A DNA stretch of 64,000 nucleotides from Coniocarpon cinnabarinum. Taxonomy: Eukaryota. Both the position numbers and the translations under genes were made by a program. The notes below the pieces were generated by a model. That model worked only from the letters and a program-made list of their open reading frames with translations, did no database searches and had not been told where the DNA came from. Where the stretch lies: the NCBI GenBank assembly GCA_051942205.1, contig JAVECO010000070.1:1-64000 (forward strand). The letters run 5' to 3'. Each line of letters begins with the position of its first letter. Positions within the stretch are counted from its first letter, which is position 1. Positions 35,886-49,473 of the stretch are shown here, piece by piece.

Positions 35886-37443
35886 GCCATGCCGTATCCG
35901 TGAGCTCGGCTACAATGATCAAGTATCCAAACGTTGGATTTCTCAAGCATGACGATGTGTTGCTTTGATAGTGCTTGTCGCAACGATAGATCTCTGCACG
36001 CTAAAGAACTGAGTTCCTCAGAGAGCGGCGGTGTGTGGAGATGACGCGCTTGGTACCAGCTTTCATGTGCGAAATGAGCCCGGTCATCGGACAGGGACTG
36101 TCTGTGAGATCAGCAAAAGTCGCCTAACAGACCCGCTAGACACATGGTCACATCTCACTTGCGTCCGGGCCCACCTTGATTGTCTTACTGCGGACCATTT
36201 GCAGAGTAGGGACAAGGCCCGTCGTCATGCTGGTTTGTTACCCCGTCCCTCTTTTGGATATTTGCCACAGCAGCAGCTGACCCCTCTTCAGACTCATCCG
36301 TTGCTGACCCAAAATGCAATCCACTATGGCGCAAGCCTGATCCCTATCACGTTTGCTACACGGATAGTCTGAACGAGTGTATGACACTCCATCCACTGCC
36401 GGTGCCCTTGGAGCATGGCACTTCTAATGCCCAACAAAGATGACACATTTCAAGCGACTATGAACTCGAGCGCTCAGCTGATTACGATGCTGATCTAAGA
36501 CTATAGCTCACAGCTGTCACCCATTGGTGGCTTCGCCATCCATACTATCATGTAAGCGAGCGAGCGTGCTCGCTGATGACGCATGTCCCTCACAACTATC
36601 AGCATGATTCGCAATCCTGCTTTATGAATCCATATCTAGGATGTCAAATAAGTGTTTTCACGGCCCAGTGACTGTTTGCGTCGTTTTTCGCGTCGCAGGA
36701 TCCCAGTCCACTTATGACTGTAGCTGAAGGATCTGGCCAGAGATGTTTGTGTCCTGTTTCAAGTTGTCAGTGGGCTCCTTGCGAGTCTGCAACCGGTGAC
36801 CGGTGACGTTCCACCCGCTATCCAATCTGGACACCTGTGTGCAGCACTCTTCTATTGGCCGTTCTGAATCCTCAAATCCTTGCGAGTTTGCTTGCGTAGG
36901 ACGGTTTGAGACCTCGGTTCCAGGCGCGTCGGCTTCCTGCAGATGTGGCTTGCTGCAGCTCGCGGTTCTATTGGCAGACAAAACCTTGAGGTAACCGAAG
37001 GCGCCAGACTGTCCTCAGCATTTTGGCACCATTACACTTGGTAAGGTTTTTCTATTTGACGTCCGTGCTTGGTCGGGGACCAAGAAGAAGCCGATTTATT
37101 CAGCGAGTGACAAGTATCTATCTACGTGGCCGAGAAACGAAGGCCAGAGTGCTACAATACTTGTTTCCTTCTTCAGACTGCTACCGTGTCAAACACGCTG
37201 GCTTTGAGCAGAGTGATGATGAACTGTATAAAGATGAAAGTTCACTATCTACCATTGAGAATGTCTTGGAGTGGCCTAGACAGCAATAAGCCAACAAAAG
37301 CGTTCATTTTACTTTGAGAAAAACTATAGACCACCACCTACACCCTCGCTCTGCTAAGTATAAACGCCTTTGCAATATCAAGCTCTTAGCCTCCCACTGT
37401 TCGCTTTCATTCAACACATAAAGGTCTCGAGGGCAATTCGAAC

Positions 37444-38908
37444 ATGGCGGGCCACGACCTCCTCCACCATGCGCTGTACAGTGTTGGCCTCGAATTTGAA
37501 ATACTCATTAAGACTCAAGACGCTTATGTAGATGATAATGACAGGAAATCTATCAAAACATTTTCAGACAAGTTCGCAAGGAACCACAACTCCTGGGTAC
37601 GTTTCCCGTGCTAGCATCTCTGGTGTTCTTTACTAATATGATCACACCTGTGTTACAGGTTGAGAAAAGCGAAACGAGTCATAAACATGTAAAAGACCAT
37701 GTCAATGGCCATCACATCCATGATTATTCCCATTGGTCATTAGAAACAGATGAATCAATGACAGTTCGTTACTCGATGCCATGTGAGTCTCAAATCTTGG
37801 ATTATATATAGTTGGATTGAATGGCCTTGACATACAGACAGGGGGCGTGGAGCTAATTAGTCCCATTTTCCGAGCTTCCAACGGATCTGATTGGCGTGAA
37901 ATCCTCAATACTACTTGTGAGCAACTTTTCATTGACCACACACTTGCCCTTCGATATTCACATGGCTAACATGCACATGCAGGGCATTTCATGCAACTGC
38001 GCTATCTTGTTTCTGGTAACGACGAATGTAGCACGCACGTCCACGTCTCCATGCAGCAAAGCTACGAGTTTGACGGTTTAAAACGTGTTGCCAAAGCTAT
38101 TCTGCACTTTGAGCCTGCGTTTGAGGCCTTATTGCCAGACAGTCGACGGGGACATGCTTGGTGTCGAAGTAATTGGTAAGTATACCCCGCGAATTACTGC
38201 TCCTAGCAAACAGCTTCTCCACTACCCCCAGTCCAGCGTATTCTCCACGACACATGGCTGACTTAATGATGTGCGTGGTCAGGCTCGATAACCCGCTCCT
38301 CGGAAAGGGTCACGAACTTCAGCAATATCACAAGTGGACCAGTGTCAACACAGGGTGGACGTACTCTGTCATTTGATAAGCCCCTACAAGAATTTCGGGT
38401 TCAATTTCCTCCCGTCAGTTCAGCGTATCTCCAGACTGCCCATTACCGTACGAGCGCATAGCTGATGGATGGAGCACAGAATATTGGACCATACAAAGAA
38501 GACTATAGAATTTCGCCGTGGTTCCTACAGCACATCCAGCGCAGATGCTCTCAAGTGGGCAGAGCTTGCTTCACGGTTCATTTTCGTGGCTTACCATGCT
38601 CACGACGATCATGTACGTGAACCTGGGATGTTCCAACAGGCTATTAGCTCTTCCCTGGACCAATGGGAACAATTGACTCACGCTCACGCTTCCACCAGGA
38701 CATTTTTAGGCATCCACCAAACCTTGGTGGTCTTCGCAGCTTCCTCAATCCCAAGGAGCTCCCAAAGGGTCCGGGTAAGTTCCAGGATCAGTTCCTTGCC
38801 GCATTCTTCGATGATGCCGACATGGACGCGCGCAAAACACCTCGCTCTTGGGAATGCGAAGACTATATGCAGAGCTTGCTGCTTGAGGATGCTAGGTATT
38901 GTCGATAA
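37444..38908 (+). pseudogene. Putative amidoligase (Amidoligase_2, COOH-NH2 ligase fold), multi-exon, apparent frameshift near 38308
   Basis: Spliced motifs VGLEFEIL, WSLETDESM, GVELISPIF, CSTHVHVS, ILHFEPAFEALLP..RRG..CRSNW, FGFNF, KTIEFRR. The exon starting ~38283 reaches TGA at 38374 in the entry frame, while the FGFNF segment lies in another frame. Confidence 0.7.
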
Positions 38909-40509
38909 AGCCCCAAGCCAAAAGAAGACGGATCTTCACGATCATCTACGCATGCCGAAGGATCGTTCTGCAACTTGTCAGATCACGCATTGCTGACACC
39001 GCAAGGATCTCTGCCAAAGTGCTTGACTCACAACAAGCGGCTTTCCTTTGTTTGACAGCTCTCAGCCGGGTTTGCTAACGCATCTAAAGCTTTAGGTCCA
39101 GAGTCCCAATATACTGATTGGTTCAGCGAGACTGACATCTCGTGTGTGCTCGGCCGTATATAGACGCAGGCGTAGATTTTGGGTTTTGTTCCTACTGTCT
39201 TACTCGTAAGGTATCAAGGCTGACAAAACTTGGCTCATCTTCATCCTAAGTGCTTCCAGACGTGATCTTTACTTACTCGCGAACGTCCATTCCGCCCATT
39301 GTCCTTGCCAGTGTGCCCTGAGTGACGTTGTGATCGTAGAGAGTGCTGCGAAATAACGTCGAACACCGCAATCCCATTCTCCACCATCTCGAAAACCTCA
39401 ACGATATGCAAATACTCGGAACCTGCCTCTCCAAAGCCACGACAAAAGCCTCAAACTATCCCCACTTGAGTCCTCTTTCTAATCGTGTCTCTACCTAGTC
39501 ATTCCAAAGGGATGACAGAAGGCGCAAATGCCATGCATCGAGTCTCCCTTTTCCTCGACCAAGTCCATAATGACCGAGCTCGAGCTCGAGTCCATACGCA
39601 GGCTCCAAACAGAGCCACAACCATTTCTCGAGCTCCCTCAGCGTATTGACACGCACTACTGAGACCAGCACGCATCGTGGTACCATCGATCTTTCACTTT
39701 CGCTCTCACTGTCTCACCTTCTCTCTTGTCTCTTCTCTCGCCTTCGCCTTCGCCCTTGCCCTCTTCTTCCTTCACTGGTGCTTGCGTTCGTCTTTGAATC
39801 TCTGTGACCGGGCATCTCAAGTAGACAAAGACCACGCTTTCCCTCCCAGTGCTTAGTATGTGGATAGGACATTATCAGACAGTAAATAGGCAAGTTGAAA
39901 GCCTTGCATTATCTTTATCCTGGGAGTTGTACGTGCTAGTCACGAATCATAGCAAGAAAAGACGTGACGAGGGATCAATGCGAGTCTCTGAGTGATAACT
40001 CTTCATGAGCGCACGAGACGTCACGCGGTCGAAAGGTCGAAGGTAGCGCAACGATCTGAAGCACTGCGCACGATTACACTTCGAAGTCAAGCCGCTCGAT
40101 TCAGCAGTCAGACTCGAGCTCACTAGTCTCCAAGGATATCCAAGCGAACGCCCGCTGCATCCTCAGTCAGCAACGCAGGCGTGTACATGACGTCCGTCAG
40201 AGCAAGGCGTCACAAGTCGAAGCAAATGTCACAGAATAGCGAACACATCTCTGAAGTCGTCAAGTCACATACAAGTAGTGAATTCCATTATACAAGTACC
40301 CATCCTACGCTACGCTATGCTATGCAATGCAATGCAATGCCGAATCGCTACGAACAAAGCCACCAGAGGCAGGCAGCTTGAAAGTAACTAAACGCCACGT
40401 GCTTTTCCCTAGCATAGGCAATTCCCATCGTGAACTCGTGGACAAACGTGTGATCATGACTCTACATTGAACTTCGAAAAGGAAAAGTGAGAAAAGGAAG
40501 GCGACTCCT

Positions 40510-43500
40510 TTAAGTTGTCCTCTTTGAACGCCTGCCCGGAGGCCTTCCCGGAGGCCTTCCCGGACCCCGTCGACGAGAGCCGCGACGCTGTGGCTGCGAC
40601 GCGCCCTCACTATCCTTGGTGCCCCTCTTCTTCGTGCGCCTGGGTGCCGGGCCGTCAGAGATACGCTGGCTGTATCGCTCACGGTAGAAGACATTCTCCC
40701 AGTTCAGGCAGGGGTAGCGGATGCGGTCGAGGTCGACAATGAGCTTTTTGCGGGTAGCGATTCCAACCGGTCGGTCTTCCAATTTGGAGAGCTCCTCGGC
40801 TATCTCGCGGCGATGGTCTCTCATGGCGTTCATGCATGATTGCAAAGGCTTGCGCCAAGCAGCCAACTCCTTCTTGAGCTGCCTCTCGCGTTCGCCTTTG
40901 CTGTCGAGCCAATCGATGAGCTGATCGACTTCGGCGGGATCGTCATAATATGCCCACTGGCTGGTGTCCGATAGCTGTACGGTACCCTCTTCGGCATCGC
41001 GACGCTGTTGAATGGTCATGTTGAACTTGGCTTGATACTCGCGTTCTTCGTCCTCGTTAAGATCAATCATTCCTGGGCATTCCATGGGATCTGGACCTTG
41101 TACCCAGAGCCTGCCATTGGCGTAGCCGTACGGTGTCGAATCGCTCTCGCCCTCGAACGGCATACCGTTGCGTTCAAACCAGATATAGCGATTCAAGAAG
41201 CGATCTCTTCCCATAAGGCGCGTGCGATGACATGAGTTCTCACGCAGCTCATCCTCGTATCGCTGGATCTTATCATCCAGTTCTTCCTTCTGCGCGTTTG
41301 TCTCCTCGAAATCCCTCAAGACTTTGCGATAATCGGCGAGCTCCTTTGTCTCTTCTTGGGTATGCTTGTTTTCGTCCAACTGTCGCTTGCGCGTCTTCAG
41401 ATCAGCAGCTCTACTACTGATGCGGCGAGAGGAGCGGGGCATGTCCTCGTCTTCTGACTCGGACTCGCCTGAATCGCCAGACACTTGATCGTCTTCCTGG
41501 CCATTGGTTGCTTGTTGCGGTGGTGAGTCAGCTTCTCCGTTTAGCTGAGAATCGGTTCCCGGCTGTTTCTGGCCATTCAATTTGTCAGGGCGCAGAAGCT
41601 TTTCTTGGTACTCCAGTCTGGCAAGCTCGCTTCTGATCGATTTGGCTTGCGATTGCAAAGATGTTTTCTCCTTTCGAGTTTCCGTCGATTGAAAAACAAG
41701 TACTTCAATGTGGTCCTTGAATGGTTTCGTTTCAGTAATCAAGCCTGTCACAAGCTCCAACGCCTGTGCACGAAGACTGATGCTCATCGACATGTATTGC
41801 TGAAAGGCTGTCGATTCAGTGGCAGGCTTGTCGGTCGGAGCTAAATGGCAGAGAATTCGCTCACAACGGTCTTTGTACCGATCGTGTGAGGAAAGAAGAT
41901 TCAACACGCCAACAATGATGAGAGCCCAGGCGCCATCCTGGAATTTCCGGCTCTGGATCATTTCTATCCACTGGTCCTGGGTAATCATGTCAGCCGCGCG
42001 GTGGCGGGCCAGAAGTGGCGTGTCAGTTGAAGAATCCTGCATCTCGACGTCTTGGTCTCCAGTTTGGGCCGCCGAACCTGCGGAAGGTGAAGTTGAGGTC
42101 TCGCTGGAATGTGCGCTGTCTGTCGATACGCGCCCAGCTTTTTTAAGAGTCCCGGAGAGGATATCGCCACTGTCGTCATCTACAAGCCTCAGGAGTACTG
42201 CACAATGCATCTCATAGAACAACTCGCAGTACCTCGTCTCGGATGTGACCATCATTGCACCAACAAAATCGTCCCAAACAAAACCATCAAGCTGGAAGAA
42301 CTCGCCAAATACTGTAAGTGAATTCCAGGTCTCTAGGAGAGGTCCCACAGAAGCCATGTCGATAGGCGCCCTATCTCCTGATCCTTCAGCAGTTGGGAAA
42401 ACCTCGAACGTGGTGAAGTCATGAGGAGTAGGACGTTTTGAGGCCTTCTTATTGGGCGGCAAATCTAGGTCCTCAATCGGATATTTGATCGGCGGGGGAG
42501 GCAGAGGCTGAGATAGACGTTGTTCTGGCGCCTGTCTCAGTGGCGGCCGCTGCTGAGGAGCCGGTCGCATTTGTAGTACTTGTTCACCGTTGAATTTCAC
42601 GCCATCGAATTTGTCATGGACGTATTGAACATCATGCTGAGTCGGCTTTGCGCCTGGGCGAATCATGACATGATTGTTGTGAACCATGAAAGCATGCGGG
42701 AGCTCATCAATGCGATTGCGTCGAAGTCCGTTTTGCAAACGACGTCCTGCGGCGATGGCTTCCTGTGTCAGATGAGGCGGAATGTCAGTTTCCAGGCGAT
42801 ACTGCCTGGCATAAGGCTCTTTGACCAGCCATGGCGCCCCTTCGTATCGCTCTCGATGGATGGTGTGGCGAAGAAAACGTTGTAGGTTGAACTTCGTAAA
42901 GGCGCGTGGTTTGCGCCAGATATGAAGCCTGTCCACGCACGCAACATTTGGCTTTTGTCCAGGCTCGTTCGGGATTTGCACGAAATAGCGTGTCAGATCG
43001 GGTCGATCGAAGAACACTGTGCGCTCCTTCAGCAAACCTGTGGCCCTGGTGCCTGTTTCTGCGTCTTGGAATTGGACCTGCTCGCCGGCGACAATGTTGT
43101 CCTTGAAGTCGTGGAAGAGCGAGGCGACCAAATCTGTCAATCTAGATTGCTGGGAGAATTGGCATTTGCGGAGAATAGGCTCGCGTAATGCCTCAGGGAA
43201 GTCGGCATCGATGTCTTGCGATCCTTGCTTCTCCTTCTCCAATGCCTCGAAGAAGGTCAGATTCGATTCCCCAGATATTGGGTCGGTAAATTTGCGCTGG
43301 CTAAAGTCAGTAATGGCAGAGTACAAGCAATTAATGGACTAACCTGATTGTAATAGGCTAGTCTGGTTGGTGACGTTGTTAGCTGCTTGGTCGTCGGGAA
43401 CGTGGGCACCACACGACGATTTACCTTTGCAGATACGATTCATACGCGGGAAATATCTCGCCCGTCTCTCGAATAAGCCAACACTGGTGCCTTCGTTAGT

Positions 43501-43650
43501 TGTCGCTTCCTGATAGAAGACTGAATACATACTTGGGTGTCGGGCGGTACATAGTTGGGTGGGAGGATGAAATGGAACGGTTTTCGTTTATACAACACCT
43601 GGGCACGTCAGTCATGGGTGCGGATGTTGCTTGCCTGAGAGTCTCACCAT
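40510..43650 (-). CDS. ITC1: ISW2 chromatin-remodelling complex subunit (WAC-DDT-WHIM)
   Basis: ATG-only first coding exon (43648-43650), then VLYKRKP. SNLTFFEALEKE..FPEALREPILR, IKYPIEDLDL, LLETWNSL..F.LDGF, MGRDRFLNRYIWFE, YANGRLWVQGP, WLDSKGERE. Confidence 0.9.
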
Positions 43651-44956
43651 AATGGGCGCAGTCTGCAACTGCTCCCCAGCTCGTGGGCGTTGCGAACGAA
43701 GTCGGAGACAAGGTGGTGAGCTTGCACTGCTTCATCTAAGTGACTGGAGAGTGTGCGGAGAGGCAGCGGCGTTTGCTTGGTGGGCGACGGGTCGTTTCTG
43801 GGCAGAGTAAGGGCTGGTGATATTGTGCTGAGGAGCGGTGAGGCGCGGGAAGCGGTAGGTCCTCCGACGGCGGGCCTGAGAGAGCTTGATATAATTTGCG
43901 ACGACGCGTGGAATAGCGCGTCACCGACGACGGAGATGGTGGAGGAGGATGGAGAGGAAATGTGGGTGCATGGAGGGTGTGAGAGGAGGTGAAGGAAAGA
44001 GGAAGAACGAATGTGGGAGGGGGTAAAAGAGGCATTGTGCTGTCTGGGGGGGTTCGCCTGTGGAGTGTCAACACGCGCATGAAACTCTGCTGCGCTTGCC
44101 CTTCTCTTCTCCCTCCCCCCAAATAATCCTGTGACGACGTTTCTCGCCCCAAGCGTCCCTTAGTCAGCGCTCTTCCCTGCGCTTATTATGCCCTGTCTTT
44201 GGATCATCAGCTCCTCCTCTGCTTCCTTTTCTTCGTCGGCCTGTCATCACTTTGTCTTGTGACATTCTCCCCTTGTATGTGGGCTCAAATCGCTCGGCGA
44301 TTCTCAGGCAATTCACTACGTCTGTTCCCTGTATGGGACGAGGACCGCACGTCCAGATTTTGAGCACTGATCCTTGCGTTGCGGTCCGTACAGGCCATCT
44401 GTACTGATTGTTCCCAGCCAGCCTCTTTTTTCCCTTCCTGAACGAAGAATTTATCAACATCTTCATACACAGCCCGGATTCTGTTCTGTTCTGTAGTGGC
44501 GATCAACAGAGCAGACTCGGTCTCACGCGTGGCAATGCGCAATTGCACCATGTCGGTGCCCAGATCGTTTGCAATTGAGCTGCTGTCTGTCATTGCCATG
44601 AACATGATGGACCTGTGTGCTCTCACAGCATGTAGATCAGCCTAAAGGCGGAACATATTGCTATAGCTTCTTGCGGTGTGACCCATGCGGCAGCGTTGCG
44701 GTGTCGTTGGCTCACCGCAAAACAAAGAAAGCTGGAGCTAATTGCGGAATGCAATGTCTGTCTCGTTTTCGTGTGAATCGCTGTGTAGCTTTAAGAAACT
44801 TCTGTTTGCGATACAAGCAACGCACTCGATGCGCACTTCGACATTCGTGATGCCGAAGACGGCATATTTGCGTGATGAATCAAGGCGTGCGCGCAGCACC
44901 CGCCGAAATTCTCCTTTGCTGTTTGTCGTTCTGCGACTATCAACCTGTCGTGGGAG

Positions 44957-45959
44957 ATGGCACCACTACACAGCATGATCACGACGTTGCTCGCAATTCT
45001 GACAGCCTGTTCAGCATCGCCTCTGATCCGGCGTCAGAAGTCAACCCTCAAGCCCACGGACGTCGAGATCTTGAACTACGCTTTGATGTTAGAACAACTG
45101 CAACACGCCCTGTACCAACAAGGCCTAACAAATTACACGAAGCAAGATTTCAAAAGTGCGAAATATGCGTCGAGCGTGTACAGTGACTTTTCGGCGATAT
45201 TGTCAGATGAGAAATCGCACGTCTCGTACTACCAATCAGCGCTTCAGAGTATGACACTTTCACAGTATTACCTTCTACTGCGACGATGCTAAGGAATCGA
45301 CAGAGATCAATGAGTCGTCCGTCTCTGAGTGCACGTACGACTTCGGCACTTCGAACGTGACCGAGTTTGTAGAACTCGCTAGCAAGATCGAAGGTGTCGT
45401 TGTGTCGGCGTATCTCGGGATTGAGACATTTTGGAATGCAACTGGGAATCTGACAGGCTCGAATACGATCATGACAGTGGAAGCACGACATTCAGCCTTC
45501 TTGAGGTACGGTGCCTTGGCGCAAGAACCACATGCCAGCCCGTACGATATACCTCTTGACTTTGACTCTGTGCAAACTTTGATCAAGTCGTATATCCTCG
45601 AATGTCCCCTGACTGACGCTCAGATGCCGCCGATCACTGATGTGAAGAGCTTTCCGATGCTTGGGTATCAGAACTATACGTATCCTATCAGCATCAACGA
45701 CACGATTACCTTGGTCACCAAAGATCTTGTCTTAGTACCCAAACAGAACGGCAAAACTATCCTGTACGCAGCCTGGGCTACTCACGGTAGCCCCGCTTAC
45801 ACACCAGCCACTGACGTTGACGGATGTGGCACACACTTCAACACCGCTGTGCCAAAGAGAACAGCCGGGCAGAGCTTTGTGTTCTTGACCGCTTGCAACG
45901 ACACTCTCACTGACAGTACAATACTTGCCGGACCGGCGTTACTCGAAGTTGGAGATTAA
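44957..45959 (+). CDS. Secreted ferritin-like (Rds1-like) protein
   Basis: Signal peptide, TDVEILNYALMLEQLQHALY, DEKSHV, intron, IEGVVVSAYLG, IMTVEARHSAFLR. Confidence 0.8.
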
Positions 45960-47395
45960 AGTAGGTATTTGGAAGATTCTGTGATATACTGGCCTCGCGT
46001 CAAGAATCTTCACAGTTCGTATCGCTAGTCTGCAAGAAGTATATTGTAACACACTATGTCAAGAGCATTTTCGTTGGACCTCATAGTAGATGCACCACAT
46101 TGTGCCTATGACACAGACCTACAGAGATTGAGCATAGCCGTATTGTAACCCGAGCTGCCCGCGCTGCCTGTTGATCTGTCTATTTCTAGCAGCTACCGTG
46201 CTACCCTGCCATGTTGCGTAAAACGCCGTGTGGCCCGGGGGCTAAACTTCTCCAAGATATACCAAAGTCGGATGGTCCGTATAGCGGTGGCAACAAAGGG
46301 CAACAAGCTGAGCGCAGGCGGCGTACGGGTGTGGCATTCTTCCGAGCCGTCTGATTGCGGCGCGGGTCCCACCCACCGACATGAGGAGGCCTTTGACCCC
46401 AGCCCCTCTACTGCGTAAGAAGCGTGAGTAGGTACCTGCTTTGTACCCGACCCGCTGTGGGTGTGACGGGTGTCTCAGGGGCTCATCTCGCAAGATCGTT
46501 ACTGCTCGCGGTTGCTATTTTGGAGGCATTGCGCGTTTCATGATGCATTCGCCTACGCACACAATGACAAGGGTGGGATTCGTGACCGGGTGGCGACCAT
46601 AGATCGAGGACGCGTTGCAACGTGCGACACGCGCGTTCCGGAATCCACCAAGGTGCCCACTTCGAGAGTGCCGAAAGCCAAGCAGCAGCTGCGTGTGGAG
46701 GCCCGTGGGAAAATAAGCTACCTGTCAGCATCACCAGACGGGACTCGACTGGTCCTCGACACTGCAGAAGCTTGGGTCGAGGTTGACTGGCTTTTCTGGA
46801 AGAGCAGATCTCCGCAGTGGACGTGTCATGATTTGAAGCGTCCGAGGAGCCTGGTAGAAAGAATATATGGCACCGCACGGGGCAATCTGCGGTGCAAGTG
46901 GGCCTTTTCCTTGCGAGGCTGGAGGCAGTGTCGCCCACCGCCCTTGAGCCATCTCATCATCGCAGTGCCACTACTTCAGACGCCAGACGCCGGCGGGATT
47001 GCGAGGCATTGCGATAAGGGGCCAGCCATTTCTGCAGCAGCGTGACTAGCGCGCTCGTTTTTGTAGCGCGAACCTCCCTCGCTCCCCTTTTGCCAAGGTG
47101 TTTTCAACACAGCCTCCATCGCTTCGACTCGTCGCTCCTTGGCCGCCTTTGCTTCGTAAACTCTCTTGTCTAATACTTTGCCCACTACGATTGCATCTCC
47201 GCTCACTATCTCTCTTCCAATCGTAATTCTATGACACCTTGGTCCTGTTCCTAGTGGCCTCCACGGCCCTGCTCAGACACTCCTTTGCCAACTCTACCCA
47301 ACTTCTCCTCCGCGCTCTTCTCCCATGACACCACGCACCTCCGCAACCCATTGAACGCGCCTCTTTCCCCGCACGCCTTCACCAAGTCTGCCAGC

Positions 47396-48615
47396 ATGCG
47401 TGGAAGAGTGCTCATTTTCCTTCTCATCAATCTCTGTGTCGTTGCCTTCCTCCTCAACAGTGTATGGACTCTTCTCTCGCTCTTGTACACCGATGGATCA
47501 GACGATGCAATCACCAAGGCCGAGTTGCCTTCCCCAAACTCCGAAAAGATCGACAGTCGGCCACTCGTAATCCCAAAGATCATACATCAGACATACAAGA
47601 ATGCGACCATTCCTGAAGTATGGCGTGAGGCGCAGCAGAGCTGTTTGGATCTTCACGAGGATTATGAATACATGGTATGAGATTCGAGCTTGCACTGCAA
47701 ACGAAGGTTGCTTATGGGATGGTAGTTTTGGACGGACGAAAAATCTCGCGAATTCATCGAAAAGGAGTGAGTTCTTCTGGCACGGGCCATTGCTTATTTT
47801 TGTGACTAACCAGAGTAGATACGAATGGTTTCTCGAGACGTTCGACGCATATCCATTCAACATTGAGCGTGCAGATGCCATTCGGTACTTTGTGTTGCAC
47901 CATTATGGAGGCGTGTACATTGATCTTGACGACGTAAGGCGGCAATCCCACTGACGACCCATGCCCACAGCGCTGACAGCCATCTCCAGGGCTGCACACG
48001 CAAGCTTGACCCACTGCTGGCTTATCCCGCCTGGGTCAGACGCACAACCCCCACGGGAATCTCCAACGACGTCATGGGCGCTGTGCCCGGACACCCGTTC
48101 TTCCACCGCGTACTGGAATCCCTCGAGGCTTACAACCGCAACTGGATTGCGCCATACGTGACGATCATGTCTTCCACCGGTCCACTCTTTCTGAGCCTGA
48201 TCTGGCGACATCACAATTCAGCATATGAGGACATGCCCGAAGACGCGCGTGTGAGGATACTTTTTCCCAATGCTTACATGGGTCACAAATGGAGTTTCTT
48301 TTCTCATCACGTGGGTAACAGCTGGCATAGATGGGACACTGATGCAATCATATGGGTACGACTCGGCTTGAAGAGTTGAGTGAACGGAGTGACACGGCTA
48401 ACGAGTGTTCTTAGATGGGCAAGCATTGGGTTGAGCTGTTTTTTGTCGGAGCTGCGGTCGTTCTTGCAGCAGTCACGCTCTGTTGGTTTGCGTATCAACG
48501 CCTTTTCACGTCCCGGCAGAGGCGAGCGTGGTGGCTTCGAATGCAGTATCGAAGAAAGCCTGCCCCTCACGACTGGTTCGAACTGGCCGAGCAGCAAGAT
48601 GGGACCCCGCCGTGA
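47396..48615 (+). CDS. SUR1: Mannosyl-inositol-phosphorylceramide synthase (GT32, Sur1/Csh1)
   Basis: MRGRVLIFLL, IPKIIHQTYK, ERADAIRYFVLHHYGGVYIDLDD, PTGISNDVMGAVPGHPFF, STGPLFLS, GNSWH. Four short introns. Confidence 0.9.
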
Positions 48616-49473
48616 AACTGAATTGGCGCGACGTCTGCAGATTTCACGTTTTGTTGCGTTTAGCGAGGCGTTGGGGACCACCACGGCGGCCCAAGAAGCC
48701 AGCCATTCAAAGAAGTGTACTTGGTACCTGTAAAATTACCTGCACTGGTTTAGCTATTATTATTGCTTGTCGAGGCTTCGAGCACGACAACGTCACAAAC
48801 GGCATCACATCTCTATTGCTACCCAGGTACGTGATACTGCGCTCGTGCAAGTGCTTTCCAACCCTGTCCTGGAGGATTTCTTGGTCGCCCCACAACTGAG
48901 TAAGTTCAACGTTGTCTGGTGGGGCGCCAGAGCAACGTAAGGTGGGTAGGCACTTGGGTTATGGCTTGACCAACCAATCTACTGCTACCTTCCTTTCGTG
49001 CTCCACCGTCTTGGTCATACCGAGCGCTGCGCAGATGGCCAAGATGCCAATCAAATGGCTCGACGAACTCGATGAATCATCCCATGGCTCTTCGGCGTCA
49101 CCGCGTCACGGCGTCATTGAAACGGCCTCTGCGCCTGGCCTATCTTATTATTGTCGCGCTTAGACCTGCTTGCGCCTCTGTTCTACAAGTTTCGCTACCC
49201 ACGTCTTGCAAATGAAAGAGGGAGCAAGGTACGCGAAGGCATCCTATTGCCTATATGCATCTGATCAGCATCGCGCCTGCGGTGGAATTCCAAGGCTGAT
49301 GTGGGTTGAAGGCTCATCGGCTACATTAGTGACCCCTGCGGTGAGAGCATCAAGGGCTCCACATCTTTCTCCATTGCGTCGCGTTGCCCAGATCTCCTTA
49401 TGAAAAGGGTAGAGTCTTTCATCTTCTCTCAGTGCTTGCATGACATCCCTCGTTCATGTGGTAGCTCACCGAC

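Noticed and set aside
40304..40340. Degenerate pentamer run (CTACG/CTATG/CAATG)
   Set aside because: Ordinary short microsatellite-like sequence downstream of ITC1.
44285..44626. 113-aa minus-strand ORF between ITC1 and the Rds1-like gene
   Set aside because: No family features and no supporting splice or promoter evidence. It cannot be supported, though an orphan gene is not excluded.
46230..47206. Overlapping ORFs of 60-191 aa upstream of SUR1
   Set aside because: Mostly non-ATG starts and no protein-like motifs. Probably promoter/5' UTR sequence.
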